A DNA stretch of 64,000 nt from Acidimicrobiales bacterium (lineage in GTDB: Bacteria; Actinomycetota; Acidimicrobiia; Acidimicrobiales; Bog-793): positions 8,097 through 72,096 of the forward strand of contig JBKQMT010000037.1 in assembly GCA_052146595.1 (NCBI GenBank), read 5' to 3'. The position numbers and the translations under genes are program-made. Below, piece after piece: positions 34,668 through 44,240 of the stretch. The notes beneath the pieces are model-generated. The model did no database searches. It worked only from the letters and a program-made list of their open reading frames with translations, and was not told the origin of the DNA. Position 1 is the first letter of the stretch; each line of letters starts with the position of its first letter.

Positions 34668-35473
34668 GAACTCGCCTCCGGACCGGGCAGCATTTCTCGG
34701 GTCAGGTCTCCGAGCTTGTCCACGGGGCCGGCCTCGACGACCTGACCCTTGCGCAGGACCACTAGTTGCTCCGCCAGCTCCAGCGCCCGTGGCAGCTGCT
34801 GCTCGATGACTAGGAGCGAGGTGCCTGCGTCCCGGATCTCACGCAAGGCCCTGTAGACGTCGTCGACGACGCGTGGCGCAAGCCCGAGCGAGAGCTCGTC
34901 GACCACGAGCAGCTTCGGCGGCAAGGCCAGGACGCGGGCGAGCGCGAGCATCCGTTGCTCGCCTCCAGACAGCGTCCCAGCGAGCTGCCGGCGGTGGCGG
35001 GCGAGAGTCGGAAAGCGCTCGAAAGCCCTTTCGAGCGCTTCCCCGGTGCCCTTGCGGCCGACGGCACGCATGAAGGTGAGGCGAAGGTTGTCCTCGACAT
35101 CCAAGGTGGCGAACACCGAGCGCCCTTCGGGCGTGTGCGACACGCCGAGGCGCACGAGCCTCCAGGTCGCAACCCCTGTGACGTCTCCGCCGGAGAAGAA
35201 GATCCGGCCCGACGTCAAGGGGACGAGCCCGGTCGCGACACGCGCGATCGTGGACTTGCCGGCACCGTTCGGGCCCACGAGGGCGGTGACCGACCCGGCA
35301 GGGACAGCCATCGAGACACCGAACAAGGCCCGAAAACGGCCGTACGCGGCCGAGACGTTACGGAGCTCCAGTATCGGGGGCACCGCCTTGGCCGGGGGCA
35401 CCGCCTGGGCCGGGGGCACCGCCTGGGCCGGGGACCCGGTCGGGACGGAAGACGAAGGGTCGGCGTCGGTCAC
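34664..35473 (-). CDS. Branched-chain amino acid type ABC ATPase (LivF-like)
   Basis: GPNGAGKST, PEGRSVF, AGTLSGGEQRML, VVDELSLGLAP. Confidence 0.92.
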   Translation of the reverse strand: MTDADPSSSVPTGSPAQAVPPAQAVPPAKAVPPILELRNVSAAYGRFRALFGVSMAVPAGSVTALVGPNGAGKSTIARVATGLVPLTSGRIFFSGGDVTGVATWRLVRLGVSHTPEGRSVFATLDVEDNLRLTFMRAVGRKGTGEALERAFERFPTLARHRRQLAGTLSGGEQRMLALARVLALPPKLLVVDELSLGLAPRVVDDVYRALREIRDAGTSLLVIEQQLPRALELAEQLVVLRKGQVVEAGPVDKLGDLTREMLPGPEASS

Positions 35474-36225
35474 TTGACGTCTCCGAGATACGCCCGGCGC
35501 ACCGCCTTGTCGGCGAACACCTCGTCGAGCGGGCCCGAGGCGATGAGCTTGCCGAAGTCGAGCACGTAGATGCGCTCGATCACGCGCCGGACCAGGTCGA
35601 TGTCGTGCTCGACGAGAAGCATGGCGGTCTCGCGGCGGTCGCGCAGCTTGATCAGGATCGTGGCGAAGTCGACCGTCTCGCGGGTGTCGAGTCCCGAGGA
35701 CGGCTCGTCGAGCAACAGCAGATGCGGCTCCTGGACGAGTGCGCGACCGAGCTCTACGCGCCGGCCATGACCCTGGCTGAGCGACTCGATCGGGTCGTCG
35801 GCCACGTTCTCGAGGCCGAGCTCGTGAAGAAGCATCTCCACCCGCGGTACCGGCTCTCGCGCCCGTCCGCGGCCGATCAGGTCCTTCCAGAGCCTGCCGT
35901 CGCCCCGGTGCACCCGCTCTGCGACCATCAAGTGCTCGCGTGCGCTCATGCCGGCGAAGAGCTCGAGCCGCTGAAACGTGCGCCCGATGCCGAGCCGAGC
36001 TCGCTTGTAGACCGGCAGGCCCTCGATCCTGCGCCCCAGGAAGTTGATCTCTCCCGAGTCGACGCGGCGCACGCCGTTCAGGCAGTCGAAAAGCGTCGTC
36101 TTCCCCGCGCCGTTCGGGCCGACGAGTCCGACCGCCTCGCCCTGCTCGAGCGCGATCGAGACGTCGTCGAGCGCCACGATCCCACCGAAGCGCTTGACTA
36201 TCCCGCGAACCTCGAGGAACGCCAT
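35470..36225 (-). CDS. Branched-chain amino acid type ABC ATPase (LivG-like)
   Basis: KRFGGI.AL, GPNGAGKTT, GIGRTFQ, LLDEPSSGL, VEHD, VRRAYLG. Confidence 0.92.
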   Translation of the reverse strand: MAFLEVRGIVKRFGGIVALDDVSIALEQGEAVGLVGPNGAGKTTLFDCLNGVRRVDSGEINFLGRRIEGLPVYKRARLGIGRTFQRLELFAGMSAREHLMVAERVHRGDGRLWKDLIGRGRAREPVPRVEMLLHELGLENVADDPIESLSQGHGRRVELGRALVQEPHLLLLDEPSSGLDTRETVDFATILIKLRDRRETAMLLVEHDIDLVRRVIERIYVLDFGKLIASGPLDEVFADKAVRRAYLGDVK

Positions 36226-36226
36226 C

Positions 36227-38164
36227 TCAGGCGACCGCCTCGGTGTGGCGCTTGCGCCAGGCGAGAAAGATCTCGACCAGGCGCCGCTTCTGCCATTCCA
36301 CGACGCCTTCGGGATGGAGCGCGTAGGTGATCGCCCCGAATCCGAAAAGGATCGGGAAGAGGTTGCGCCATTGCGAGGGGAAATAGTCGAGCAGCTGGTA
36401 GAGGACTACGTAGGCCATTCCTGCTTGGATGGCGCCTTCCACCGTGTACACCCCGGTTGTCACCACGACGACCATGAACACGAGCGACAGGAAGGAATTG
36501 AAGTCGTCGGGCGAGACCGTGCCCTGCAATGAGCCGTAAAGAGCCCCGCCCACACCGGCAAGTGCCGCGGCGACGGCGAACACGGAGATCTTCAGCTTCG
36601 CCAGGTTCATGCCGATGGCGTTGGCCGCGAGCTCACTTCCCCGCATCGCCGCGAGCTCGCGCCCGGTCGTGCCCCGGCGGATGGCGAGCACGACAGCCGA
36701 GGCGACGAGAAGCGCCAGGCATGTCAGGACGAAGAAGGCCTTCCCGCTCTCGAAGCTGAGCGAGCCGAGTTGAGGGCGCGGGACGTTGACCCCCGAGTCT
36801 CCGTTTCCTGACCAGGAGAACTGGAAGCCGACGTTGTCGGCCAGCAGGCCGAAGGCGAGCGTCGCCAACGCGAGGGCGAGGCCGCCGAGGCGCAGCGCTG
36901 GCAGGGCCACGACGACGCCGAGAAGGGCCGCCACCGTAGCTCCTGCGACGATCCCGAGGAACACCGAGGACCCGAAGTGGTTGGCGAGCTGGGCGCAGGT
37001 GAAGGCCCCGACACCGGCAAAAGACGCCTGGCAGAGGGAGATCTGGCCGCTCATCCCAGTCAGCAGCACGATGGAGAGGAAGATGATCGAGTACGCCAGG
37101 CCCTGGGTGAACGTGAAGGTCCAGTTGCCCGGGACCCATGTCACGCACGAGACGAAGAACACGGCGAGCACCGACCATCTGACGATGCGCATGAGACCCT
37201 CGAAGCCGTAGCCGCCGATGGTCCTCGCCGTCGGGGGCGGCGGCGGGTCGCAGCCGGCGAGCGGGTCGTCGTGGAACCATCGCTCGCGAAGTCCCGGCAT
37301 CACGAGCAAGAGAACGAGCAGAACCACGAAGGGAAGGCTCGGCCGCAGGCCCGAGGAGAGCACGCTGCCACTTGGGAGGTACCCGCCGAGCAGCTCTTCG
37401 AGGACACCGAGGCCGATCCCGCCCCAGAAGGCGAGAGGGAGGCTCGTCAAGCTCCCGAGGGCCGCCGCCGCGATGGCCGACACCAGCAGCTCGGTGAAGT
37501 TGAGCGCCTGCAGGTCCGCGAACAGAGGGGCGAGCAACACCCCGGCGAGGCCAGCGAGGAATCCGGAGAGGACCCAGGTGGCGACGCCGACCAGCTCGGA
37601 GTTGATGCCGGCGAGCTGGACCATTCGTGGGCTCTCGGCCATCGCCCGCATCCGCAGCCCGATCTGGGTGAAGTGCAGCATCAAAGACAGCAGCAGCACC
37701 ACCGCCAGGGTCACGATCACCGTCGACAGCTCCGTGCCGTTGATGGCGTCGCCTGCGAGGTGGAAGTAGACCGAAGTGGGCGGGAGCCACAGCGAGGGTG
37801 GCGCCAGCCGCTCCTGGCTCCCGAAGATGAGCTGGAGCGCGCTCGGAATGGCGATCATCATCCCGAGCGCGCTCACCAGCTTGACCAGCACCGGGGCCGA
37901 GCGGATGAACCGGTACAGGCAGCGGTCCATGGCCAGACCCATCAACGGGGCCACCACGACGACAGCGACGAGGAAGGCGGCCCAGTGGGGCCAGCCGGCG
38001 TGCACGCCGACGTAGTAGATGAGCGCCGAGGCGTACGCCTGGGCGCCATAGGCGAGGTTGAAGACACCAGATGTCTGGTAGGTGATGACGAGCCCCACCG
38101 CCATGAGGGCGAACACGCACCCATAGGGCAGGCCCGGGATGGCGTAGCTGAGAAACCTGGTCAC
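36227..38164 (-). CDS. Fused LivH/LivM-type ABC permease
   Basis: GLVITYQTSGVFNLAYGA; GLRMRAMAE; GMSGQISLCQASFAGVG; ALRLGGLALALATLAF. Confidence 0.9.
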   Translation of the reverse strand: MTRFLSYAIPGLPYGCVFALMAVGLVITYQTSGVFNLAYGAQAYASALIYYVGVHAGWPHWAAFLVAVVVVAPLMGLAMDRCLYRFIRSAPVLVKLVSALGMMIAIPSALQLIFGSQERLAPPSLWLPPTSVYFHLAGDAINGTELSTVIVTLAVVLLLSLMLHFTQIGLRMRAMAESPRMVQLAGINSELVGVATWVLSGFLAGLAGVLLAPLFADLQALNFTELLVSAIAAAALGSLTSLPLAFWGGIGLGVLEELLGGYLPSGSVLSSGLRPSLPFVVLLVLLLVMPGLRERWFHDDPLAGCDPPPPPTARTIGGYGFEGLMRIVRWSVLAVFFVSCVTWVPGNWTFTFTQGLAYSIIFLSIVLLTGMSGQISLCQASFAGVGAFTCAQLANHFGSSVFLGIVAGATVAALLGVVVALPALRLGGLALALATLAFGLLADNVGFQFSWSGNGDSGVNVPRPQLGSLSFESGKAFFVLTCLALLVASAVVLAIRRGTTGRELAAMRGSELAANAIGMNLAKLKISVFAVAAALAGVGGALYGSLQGTVSPDDFNSFLSLVFMVVVVTTGVYTVEGAIQAGMAYVVLYQLLDYFPSQWRNLFPILFGFGAITYALHPEGVVEWQKRRLVEIFLAWRKRHTEAVA

Positions 38165-38192
38165 CCGACTGCCGGCCCCGTGCTCAGCTCCT

Positions 38193-39515
38193 TCAAGTTC
38201 CGGGCACGCCCGCACTCGGCGGGACCACCACCACCTGGCGGGCTCCGGCCGGCTGGGGATACGCGAAGCAGGTGAACACGCTGCGGGGCGATCCGAACAG
38301 CGGCACGAAGCGGCCCCCGAGGACGCGCACGAAGACATTGCAGTCGATCGGGCCGAGACTCGTGTGCTCGTAACGCCAGTCGATCGGCGAGACGAGGCCG
38401 TCGGCGGTGAAGCCCGTCAGCGAATTGAGGGCATGGACGAGCCCCGTGCGGGAAACGTCTCGCCCGACAAGGCGCAGCCCGTCGACGAACATGTCGGCGT
38501 CGATCCAGCCGGCGAGCGAAGCCTCCCCGGGAAGATCCTTGGGGAAGTACTTGGCCAGCTCCCTCAAGTACAGGTCCATCCCGGGGTACCTTCCCGGCGT
38601 CAGCTCCGCCGACTCGAAAGGAACATGGCCGATGAGGAAGTACACGCCCTGCATGAGCGAGGCGTAGCTCCTTATCGCGGACTCGTCGTAGCCGTTCAGC
38701 CAGTACTGAGCGACCGAGCCCATGCCGTCCTGGTGCATCGTGCGCGACAGCAAGACGTTGCCCGACAGGTCCATGCAGCTCGCGACGAGGTCGACGCCGG
38801 CGGACTTCATGCGGTTGACGTCGGTCGTGAGATCGACGGGGGGGGCCTGGATCGAGATGTCCTCGTAGGCCACCGGGATGTGAAAGCGCCTCATCTCATA
38901 GGCCACTCCCTCGCAGCCCTGAGTCGACCCGCTCACGTTGTAGGCGAGGATGCCGACCGCCTTGGCGTGGATCTGCTCGGCCAGGAAGGCGGGCTCGGGG
39001 CCCGGACGGGTAAAGGCGATGTAGGAGCCCTCAGAGCCGTACAGGCTGGAACCCGCCGCCCACTGCGTGCTGACCGCGTAGCCAAAGGTGGGCACGTCGT
39101 TCGCGGCGAGGTAGCTGGCCCCGGCGAAGGTGGGAGTGGCCACGCCGACGACCGCGAAGACCTTGTCCTGCTCGACCAGAGTGCGCACCTGATCGGTGTC
39201 CTGGGAAGGGTTCGAGCCATCGTCGAGAGGGAAGGCGAAGTCGATCTTGCGGCCGTCCACACCTCCGTTCCCGTTGACCATGTCGAGATAGGCGTTGACC
39301 CCGTCGAAAATCGGCGCGAAAGCGGCCGGGAGCGGTCCGGTCAGGGAGGCGACGCCACCGACGACGATCCGCGAACTCGTCACGCCGTCGGTGTTGCCGG
39401 CATTCGACACCGTGACCTTGGCGTTCCCGCACGCCCCCGCGACGAGAGCGACTGCCGCCAGAACCCCGAGCGACTTACGAGGACTACGCACGCACGTACC
39501 CCTTGCTCTCGGCAC
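38193..39515 (-). CDS. LivK-type ABC substrate-binding lipoprotein
   Basis: Lipobox VAGAC; DGVT, GVNAY...NGNGGVDGRKI, DDG, LVEQDKVFAVVG. Confidence 0.88.
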   Translation of the reverse strand: MPRARGTCVRSPRKSLGVLAAVALVAGACGNAKVTVSNAGNTDGVTSSRIVVGGVASLTGPLPAAFAPIFDGVNAYLDMVNGNGGVDGRKIDFAFPLDDGSNPSQDTDQVRTLVEQDKVFAVVGVATPTFAGASYLAANDVPTFGYAVSTQWAAGSSLYGSEGSYIAFTRPGPEPAFLAEQIHAKAVGILAYNVSGSTQGCEGVAYEMRRFHIPVAYEDISIQAPPVDLTTDVNRMKSAGVDLVASCMDLSGNVLLSRTMHQDGMGSVAQYWLNGYDESAIRSYASLMQGVYFLIGHVPFESAELTPGRYPGMDLYLRELAKYFPKDLPGEASLAGWIDADMFVDGLRLVGRDVSRTGLVHALNSLTGFTADGLVSPIDWRYEHTSLGPIDCNVFVRVLGGRFVPLFGSPRSVFTCFAYPQPAGARQVVVVPPSAGVPGT

Positions 39516-39702
39516 CGAACGCCATCACCCGCAGGCTCGACCCTAGCAAGGAGCCTATGTGTCTGACGGTTTCGCAAACATCAGCCCATTTCGTTGGGGG
39601 CGGCCCGCCTCGCATGCGGGTTCCCGTCCTGGTCAGTCATGGGACGGGCCCTCAATCGCGCCAGGGTGCCGCGGACAGGGCTGCCGCCGTACGATGAGGA
39701 GC

Positions 39703-40146
39703 GTGAAGGTGTCGACCCGTGGGGACTACGCGAGCCGGGCGCTGCTGTCCCTGGCGCTTCGCGAGGATGCATCGCCGACGTCTGTCCGCGACATCGCCGA
39801 GCGGACGGGCCTTCCCCAGCCGTATCTCGAGCAGATCCTCCTCGCGCTGAAAGGCGCCGGTCTCGTCCGCTCCAAGCGCGGCGTGGGAGGCGGCTATGTC
39901 CTCGCACGCTCGCCCGAGCAGATCACACTGGGCCAGATCGTCAGCGCCGTCGACGGTCCGATCGTGGCCGGGGACTTCGGGCTGCCTCATCAGAACGGCG
40001 CCTGCGACCACGAGGGCCAGTGCGTGCTGCTCGCCGTTTGGGCCGATGTCGGCGAGCACATGCGGCACCACCTCGACTCTTTCACCCTAAAGGACATGGT
40101 CCTCAGAGCCCGGGGTGACGCACCGCCTCCTTCGCCCCTCGACTGA
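39703..40146 (+). CDS. Rrf2-family transcriptional regulator
   Basis: VKVSTRGDYASRAL, YLEQIL..LK.AGLVRSKRGVGGGY.LAR, ITLGQIV.AVDG; only two Cys (C-x5-C). Confidence 0.93.
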   Translation: MKVSTRGDYASRALLSLALREDASPTSVRDIAERTGLPQPYLEQILLALKGAGLVRSKRGVGGGYVLARSPEQITLGQIVSAVDGPIVAGDFGLPHQNGACDHEGQCVLLAVWADVGEHMRHHLDSFTLKDMVLRARGDAPPPSPLD

Positions 40147-40178
40147 CCCCGAACTTCGCGCTGACCCCGAACTTCGCG
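40143..40178 (+). repeat. 18-bp perfect tandem duplication at the Rrf2 stop codon
   Basis: CTGACCCCGAACTTCGCG x2. Confidence 0.9.
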
Positions 40179-40337
40179 CGCATGCCCGTCATCGGGAACG
40201 GGTATCGGCAAAGACGCGCAAAGCCACACCTCAGGTGGAATGGCAGGGCCTCAATTCGCGTTACACCAGGTGAGCACAGAGCAGTGAGGAAGGAGAGGGG
40301 CGTCATTACAGCTGACAGCAAGATCGAGGAAGTCAAC

Positions 40338-41123
40338 ATGCCGGAACTGACCGCAGGCGGGCGGAGCCGCGCCACCCGGGAGCCTAGCTCCAGTGGACCG
40401 GACCTCATGCGGTTGTTCCTCGACGACCTCGGCCGTTTCCCGCTTCTGAGCGCCGCCGAGCAGACCGAGCTCGCGAAGAGGATCGAGCAGGGTGACGAGG
40501 AAGCCCGCAAGCAGATGATCGGCTCCAACCTGCGCCTCGTGGTGCACTGGGCACGCCGTTACCAAGGACGTGGTGTCGACCTGATCGACCTCGTCCAAGA
40601 GGGCACCTTCGGCCTCATGCGCGCCGTCGAGAAGTTCGACTGGCGCAAGGGGTTCCGTTTCTCGACCTATGCCACCTGGTGGATCCGCCAGGCCCTGCAG
40701 CGTGCCGTGCAGTCGAAGGGCCGTGCCATTCGCCTGCCCGAGGACGCGCTTGCCTCCGAGCTCGAGGCGGACCCCGATCATGCCCGCCTGCCCCGAGTCG
40801 TGGCCAGCTTGGACCAGCCCTTGACGAGCGAGGCCACGGCCACGCTCGGCGACGTCGTGAGCGGCGACGAGGCGCCCTTCGAGGACGAGATAGCTCACAG
40901 CCTCACCCTCGGCAAGCTCGACGCCGCCATCGACCGCCTGCCCGAGCTGGAGCGCCACGTGGTCCGTCTGCGTTTCGGGCTCGATGGCAGCCCCCCCGCC
41001 TCGCTGGAGGCGACGGCGCGTACCTTGGGCATCGGCGTCCGGCGCGTGAGGCGGATCGAGTCCTCGGCCTTGGCCTTCCTTGCCGTGCAGCCCGAGGTCG
41101 AAGGCATCCACGACGCCGCCTGA
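40338..41123 (+). CDS. Sigma-70 family (RpoD/SigB-like group 2) sigma factor with shortened region 3
   Basis: PLLSAAEQ.ELAKRI, SNLRLVV, DLVQEG..GLMRAVEKFD..KGFRFSTYATWWIRQA, IRLP, SLDQP, LRFGL. Confidence 0.9.
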   Translation: MPELTAGGRSRATREPSSSGPDLMRLFLDDLGRFPLLSAAEQTELAKRIEQGDEEARKQMIGSNLRLVVHWARRYQGRGVDLIDLVQEGTFGLMRAVEKFDWRKGFRFSTYATWWIRQALQRAVQSKGRAIRLPEDALASELEADPDHARLPRVVASLDQPLTSEATATLGDVVSGDEAPFEDEIAHSLTLGKLDAAIDRLPELERHVVRLRFGLDGSPPASLEATARTLGIGVRRVRRIESSALAFLAVQPEVEGIHDAA

Positions 41124-41153
41124 GGCTTCTCGGGCGCGTCACGAGGTCGCTCC

Positions 41154-42113
41154 TCAGGAGAAACGTCCCAGTACGGCGACGAGATCGGCGGGAAGCGGAG
41201 AGGTGAAGCTCACCTCTCGCCCGCTCGCCGGGTTCACGAAGGCCAGTCCTGCTGCATGCAAGAACGGGCGAGCGCAGCCCGATCGCCTGCGGTCGCCTCG
41301 GTAGCGGGCGTCGCCGACGACGGGATGGCCTATCGCGGCGAGGTGAACGCGGATCTGATGGGTACGACCGGTCTCGAGACGCAACTCCAGGAAGCTGGCC
41401 TCGAGGGGCTGGGCGAACCTGGCGAGGACGCGGTAGTGGGTGCGTGCCGCTCGCCCTCCCACGGCGACTGCCATCCTCGTCGGGTCGCGCAGCGACCGTC
41501 CGATCGGCGCGTCGACGACCCCCGCCTCAGCCTCGACGGCGCCGCAGGCGAGCGCCAGGTACGTCCTGCTCATGGTTCGCGCCGCCAGCTGGGCAGTGAT
41601 GGACCGGTAGGCGTCCGCGCTGCGGGCGACGACGAGCAGACCGGAAGTGTCCTTGTCGAGGCGGTGCACGATTCCCGGCCGGTCCGGCTCGCCGCAGCCG
41701 AGCTCTGGCAGGCGGGCGAGCTCGGGATAGGAACCGAGGAGGCCGGCGACGAGCGTGCCCGAGGGGTGGGCGGCATCGGGATGGACCACGACGCCCGCCG
41801 GCTTGTCGACCACGATCACGGCCGAGTCGGCATGGACGACGCGAAACGGGACCTCGCCGGGAGCGGCGGCGTGCGCTACGGCGCGCCCTGCTTCGGTCAG
41901 TAGCCCGAGGTCTGTCTCCAACAGCTCGCCGGCTTGGACCCTGCGGCTGCCCGCGGAGACGGTGAGGTTCCCGAGGCGCACGCCCCCGGCCGCGATGAGC
42001 CTGGCCACCTGCGCCCGGGTGCGCCCGGAGAGGAGCGCCACGACGCGGTCCACGCGCTCACCGGAGAGCGCGGCGGGGATCTCGACGAGCGGGCGCGTCT
42101 CCGCCTTTCTCAC
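41154..42113 (-). CDS. RluA/RluD-family pseudouridine synthase
   Basis: S4-like [48 protein letters not shown]. Confidence 0.95.
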   Translation of the reverse strand: MRKAETRPLVEIPAALSGERVDRVVALLSGRTRAQVARLIAAGGVRLGNLTVSAGSRRVQAGELLETDLGLLTEAGRAVAHAAAPGEVPFRVVHADSAVIVVDKPAGVVVHPDAAHPSGTLVAGLLGSYPELARLPELGCGEPDRPGIVHRLDKDTSGLLVVARSADAYRSITAQLAARTMSRTYLALACGAVEAEAGVVDAPIGRSLRDPTRMAVAVGGRAARTHYRVLARFAQPLEASFLELRLETGRTHQIRVHLAAIGHPVVGDARYRGDRRRSGCARPFLHAAGLAFVNPASGREVSFTSPLPADLVAVLGRFS

Positions 42114-42661
42114 GGGAGGGAGTGACCTTGGATCTCGGACGACTGCCCTGTGACACTCGCCCGCCACAGCGCGACACCGAGAACGACGCAACCGCAGACG
42201 ATCGAGGCGTCGGCAAGGTTGAAAGTCGGCCAGAAACCCGAGTAGATGAAGTCGATCACAGCGCCATGGTGGCCCCTGAAGAGCCTGTCGGCGAGATTGC
42301 CGACGGCGCCGCCGAGGATCATGCCGACACCGACCGCTGCTGCGGCGTTGGGCACGGTCCGGCCGAACCACACGACGAGCGCGACCACGACCACGACGAT
42401 CACCACGATCGGCAGCGTCAGGCCGGTGCCGATGCTGAAGGCGACACCGGTGTTGTAGGAGAGCACGAGAGAGAACGGCCCGATAACGTGCACGGGGCCG
42501 GAGGCAAGCCGGGAGACCGCGAGCGACTTGGTCACCTGGTCGGCGACGACCACCAAGAGCGCGACCAGCAGCGCCACGCGGATGCGCCGGCCACGGCCAG
42601 GCGCCCGACTGGATCTCGCTTCACCGGTGGCGCCAAGCCGGTCCTCGCCGGCCTTCGTCAA
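42110..42661 (-). CDS. lspA: Lipoprotein signal peptidase II
   Basis: [32 protein letters not shown]. Confidence 0.95.
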   Translation of the reverse strand: MTKAGEDRLGATGEARSSRAPGRGRRIRVALLVALLVVVADQVTKSLAVSRLASGPVHVIGPFSLVLSYNTGVAFSIGTGLTLPIVVIVVVVVALVVWFGRTVPNAAAAVGVGMILGGAVGNLADRLFRGHHGAVIDFIYSGFWPTFNLADASIVCGCVVLGVALWRASVTGQSSEIQGHSLP

Positions 42662-43764
42662 CGTCTCGAGAGTCCCCCGCTCTTGCAGTCGATGCACAAG
42701 CGCGCGTAGGGAAGGGCTTCGAGCCGGGCCCTCACTATCTGGCGGCCGCAGTTCTCGCAGATCCCGTAGGTGTCGCTGTCCATCTTGGCAAGAGTGTGAT
42801 CGATCTCCTCGACTGCTGCCAGGGCCTGTGCCGAAAGAGCGAGATCACGCTCCCGGTCAACGGTCACCGTGCCCCCCTCGCCCGACTCGTCGTCGAATTG
42901 GATGTCGCCCGGCTCCATCTCCTCGACGAGCGACTCCGCCTCGGCCTTCAAGGAGGCCGCCTGCTCGAGGTACGTCGACCGCTCGCGCAGCAGAGCCGCC
43001 CTCTGGCTCGCCAGGAAACGTTCGTCTTTGACATAGGTTTCGCTGGGGCGTTTCGGTGCCGCGAGCTTTGCGCCGAGCACGTTGGCCGATCTTGGGCTGC
43101 CGGTGTGTGCGGTGGTTGCCGGCGACTTGCGAGAAGCCTTGGCGGCCTTGGCGGCCTTGGCGGGCTTGGTTGTCTTGGTTGTCTTGGAGGTCTTGGCGGC
43201 CTTGGCGGCCTTGGGCAATGGGTCGGGCGCCTTCGCGCCTGGAGCGGGCTTCGAGCCCACGCCGTGCCTGGCCGCCGGCTTGCCGTTCTCCATCCTCGCC
43301 TTGGCCGTGGTCTTCGTCGCCGCGCCCGCGGGGACCTTGGCGGTGCCGAGCGAGCTCGTCGCGGTCTTGGGATGCGACGCCGCCGTCTTGGCCGCGGCCG
43401 TGGGCTTGACAGGCGCCTTCTCGCTGGTCCCGCCGGACGCCCTTGCTGCGGTCTTCGCCGTCGTCTTCACCGGCCCCTTGGCGGCGGCCGGGCTGGAGAT
43501 CTTGGCCGGTGCCGCCCTGGAGGACTTCTGGGCGACGACTGCCGCCCTGGCGGGCGCCTTGGAGGCCACCGCCGGGACGGCTTTCTTCTGGGTCACGGCT
43601 TTGCTGGCCGTGAGGCGTGCGGAAGCATCCGTTGCCGCCGCGGCGGCCTTCTTAGACGACTCACCTGCCGTCTTGGCAACCGCAGCCTTCGCGGACGCCT
43701 TGGAGGCGTTCGCCTTCACGACGGCTCCCTTCTTCGTATCGGCCGGCACTACGGTCGTCGGCAC
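42658..43764 (-). CDS. dksA: DksA/TraR C4 zinc-finger protein with ~240 aa Ala/Lys-rich N-terminal extension
   Basis: C-terminal DRERDLALS...YGICENCG..I...[24 protein letters not shown]. Confidence 0.85.
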   Translation of the reverse strand: MPTTVVPADTKKGAVVKANASKASAKAAVAKTAGESSKKAAAAATDASARLTASKAVTQKKAVPAVASKAPARAAVVAQKSSRAAPAKISSPAAAKGPVKTTAKTAARASGGTSEKAPVKPTAAAKTAASHPKTATSSLGTAKVPAGAATKTTAKARMENGKPAARHGVGSKPAPGAKAPDPLPKAAKAAKTSKTTKTTKPAKAAKAAKASRKSPATTAHTGSPRSANVLGAKLAAPKRPSETYVKDERFLASQRAALLRERSTYLEQAASLKAEAESLVEEMEPGDIQFDDESGEGGTVTVDRERDLALSAQALAAVEEIDHTLAKMDSDTYGICENCGRQIVRARLEALPYARLCIDCKSGGLSRR

Positions 43765-43843
43765 AACTGCTCCCTCCTGTCGAAGCGAGGGTGACCGACG
43801 ATAGCCGTAGCGGTTACCCCCCGCCAACATTCGCCTTGCGGTC

Positions 43844-44221
43844 TCACGGTCCTGTCCGACCCTGCCTCTCGCTGCGGTCGTGTGATCCGGGCCGGCCGCT
43901 CGCCGAGCGCAGCTCCCGGCCGATGGCGTCGCGGGCCCGGCCTGGTTCTATGCCTGTGACGCGGACGCGTTTCAGGCGGCTTTTCTCACCCGAGACGAGC
44001 TCCACCTGGGACTTGCGAACACCGAGGAGATCCGCGACGAGCTCGACGCACTCTGAGTTCGCCCTGCCGCCGAGCGGCGGAGCGGCCACCTTGAGCGCGA
44101 GCGCGTCGCCATGACGTCCCGTGACCGACGAGCGGCCGGCACCGGGTTGTACGCGGACCCGCAGGACGATGGCGACGGGCCCGTCTTCGCTCGACTCGAC
44201 GTCGAACAGGTCATCGGTCAT
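43844..44221 (-). CDS. DUF167 (YggU/UPF0235) family protein
   Basis: VRVQPGAGRS, LKVAAPP..GRAN, VSGEKSRLK. Confidence 0.9.
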   Translation of the reverse strand: MTDDLFDVESSEDGPVAIVLRVRVQPGAGRSSVTGRHGDALALKVAAPPLGGRANSECVELVADLLGVRKSQVELVSGEKSRLKRVRVTGIEPGRARDAIGRELRSASGRPGSHDRSERQGRTGP

Positions 44222-44240
44222 GGCCGCCTACTGTATGGCC

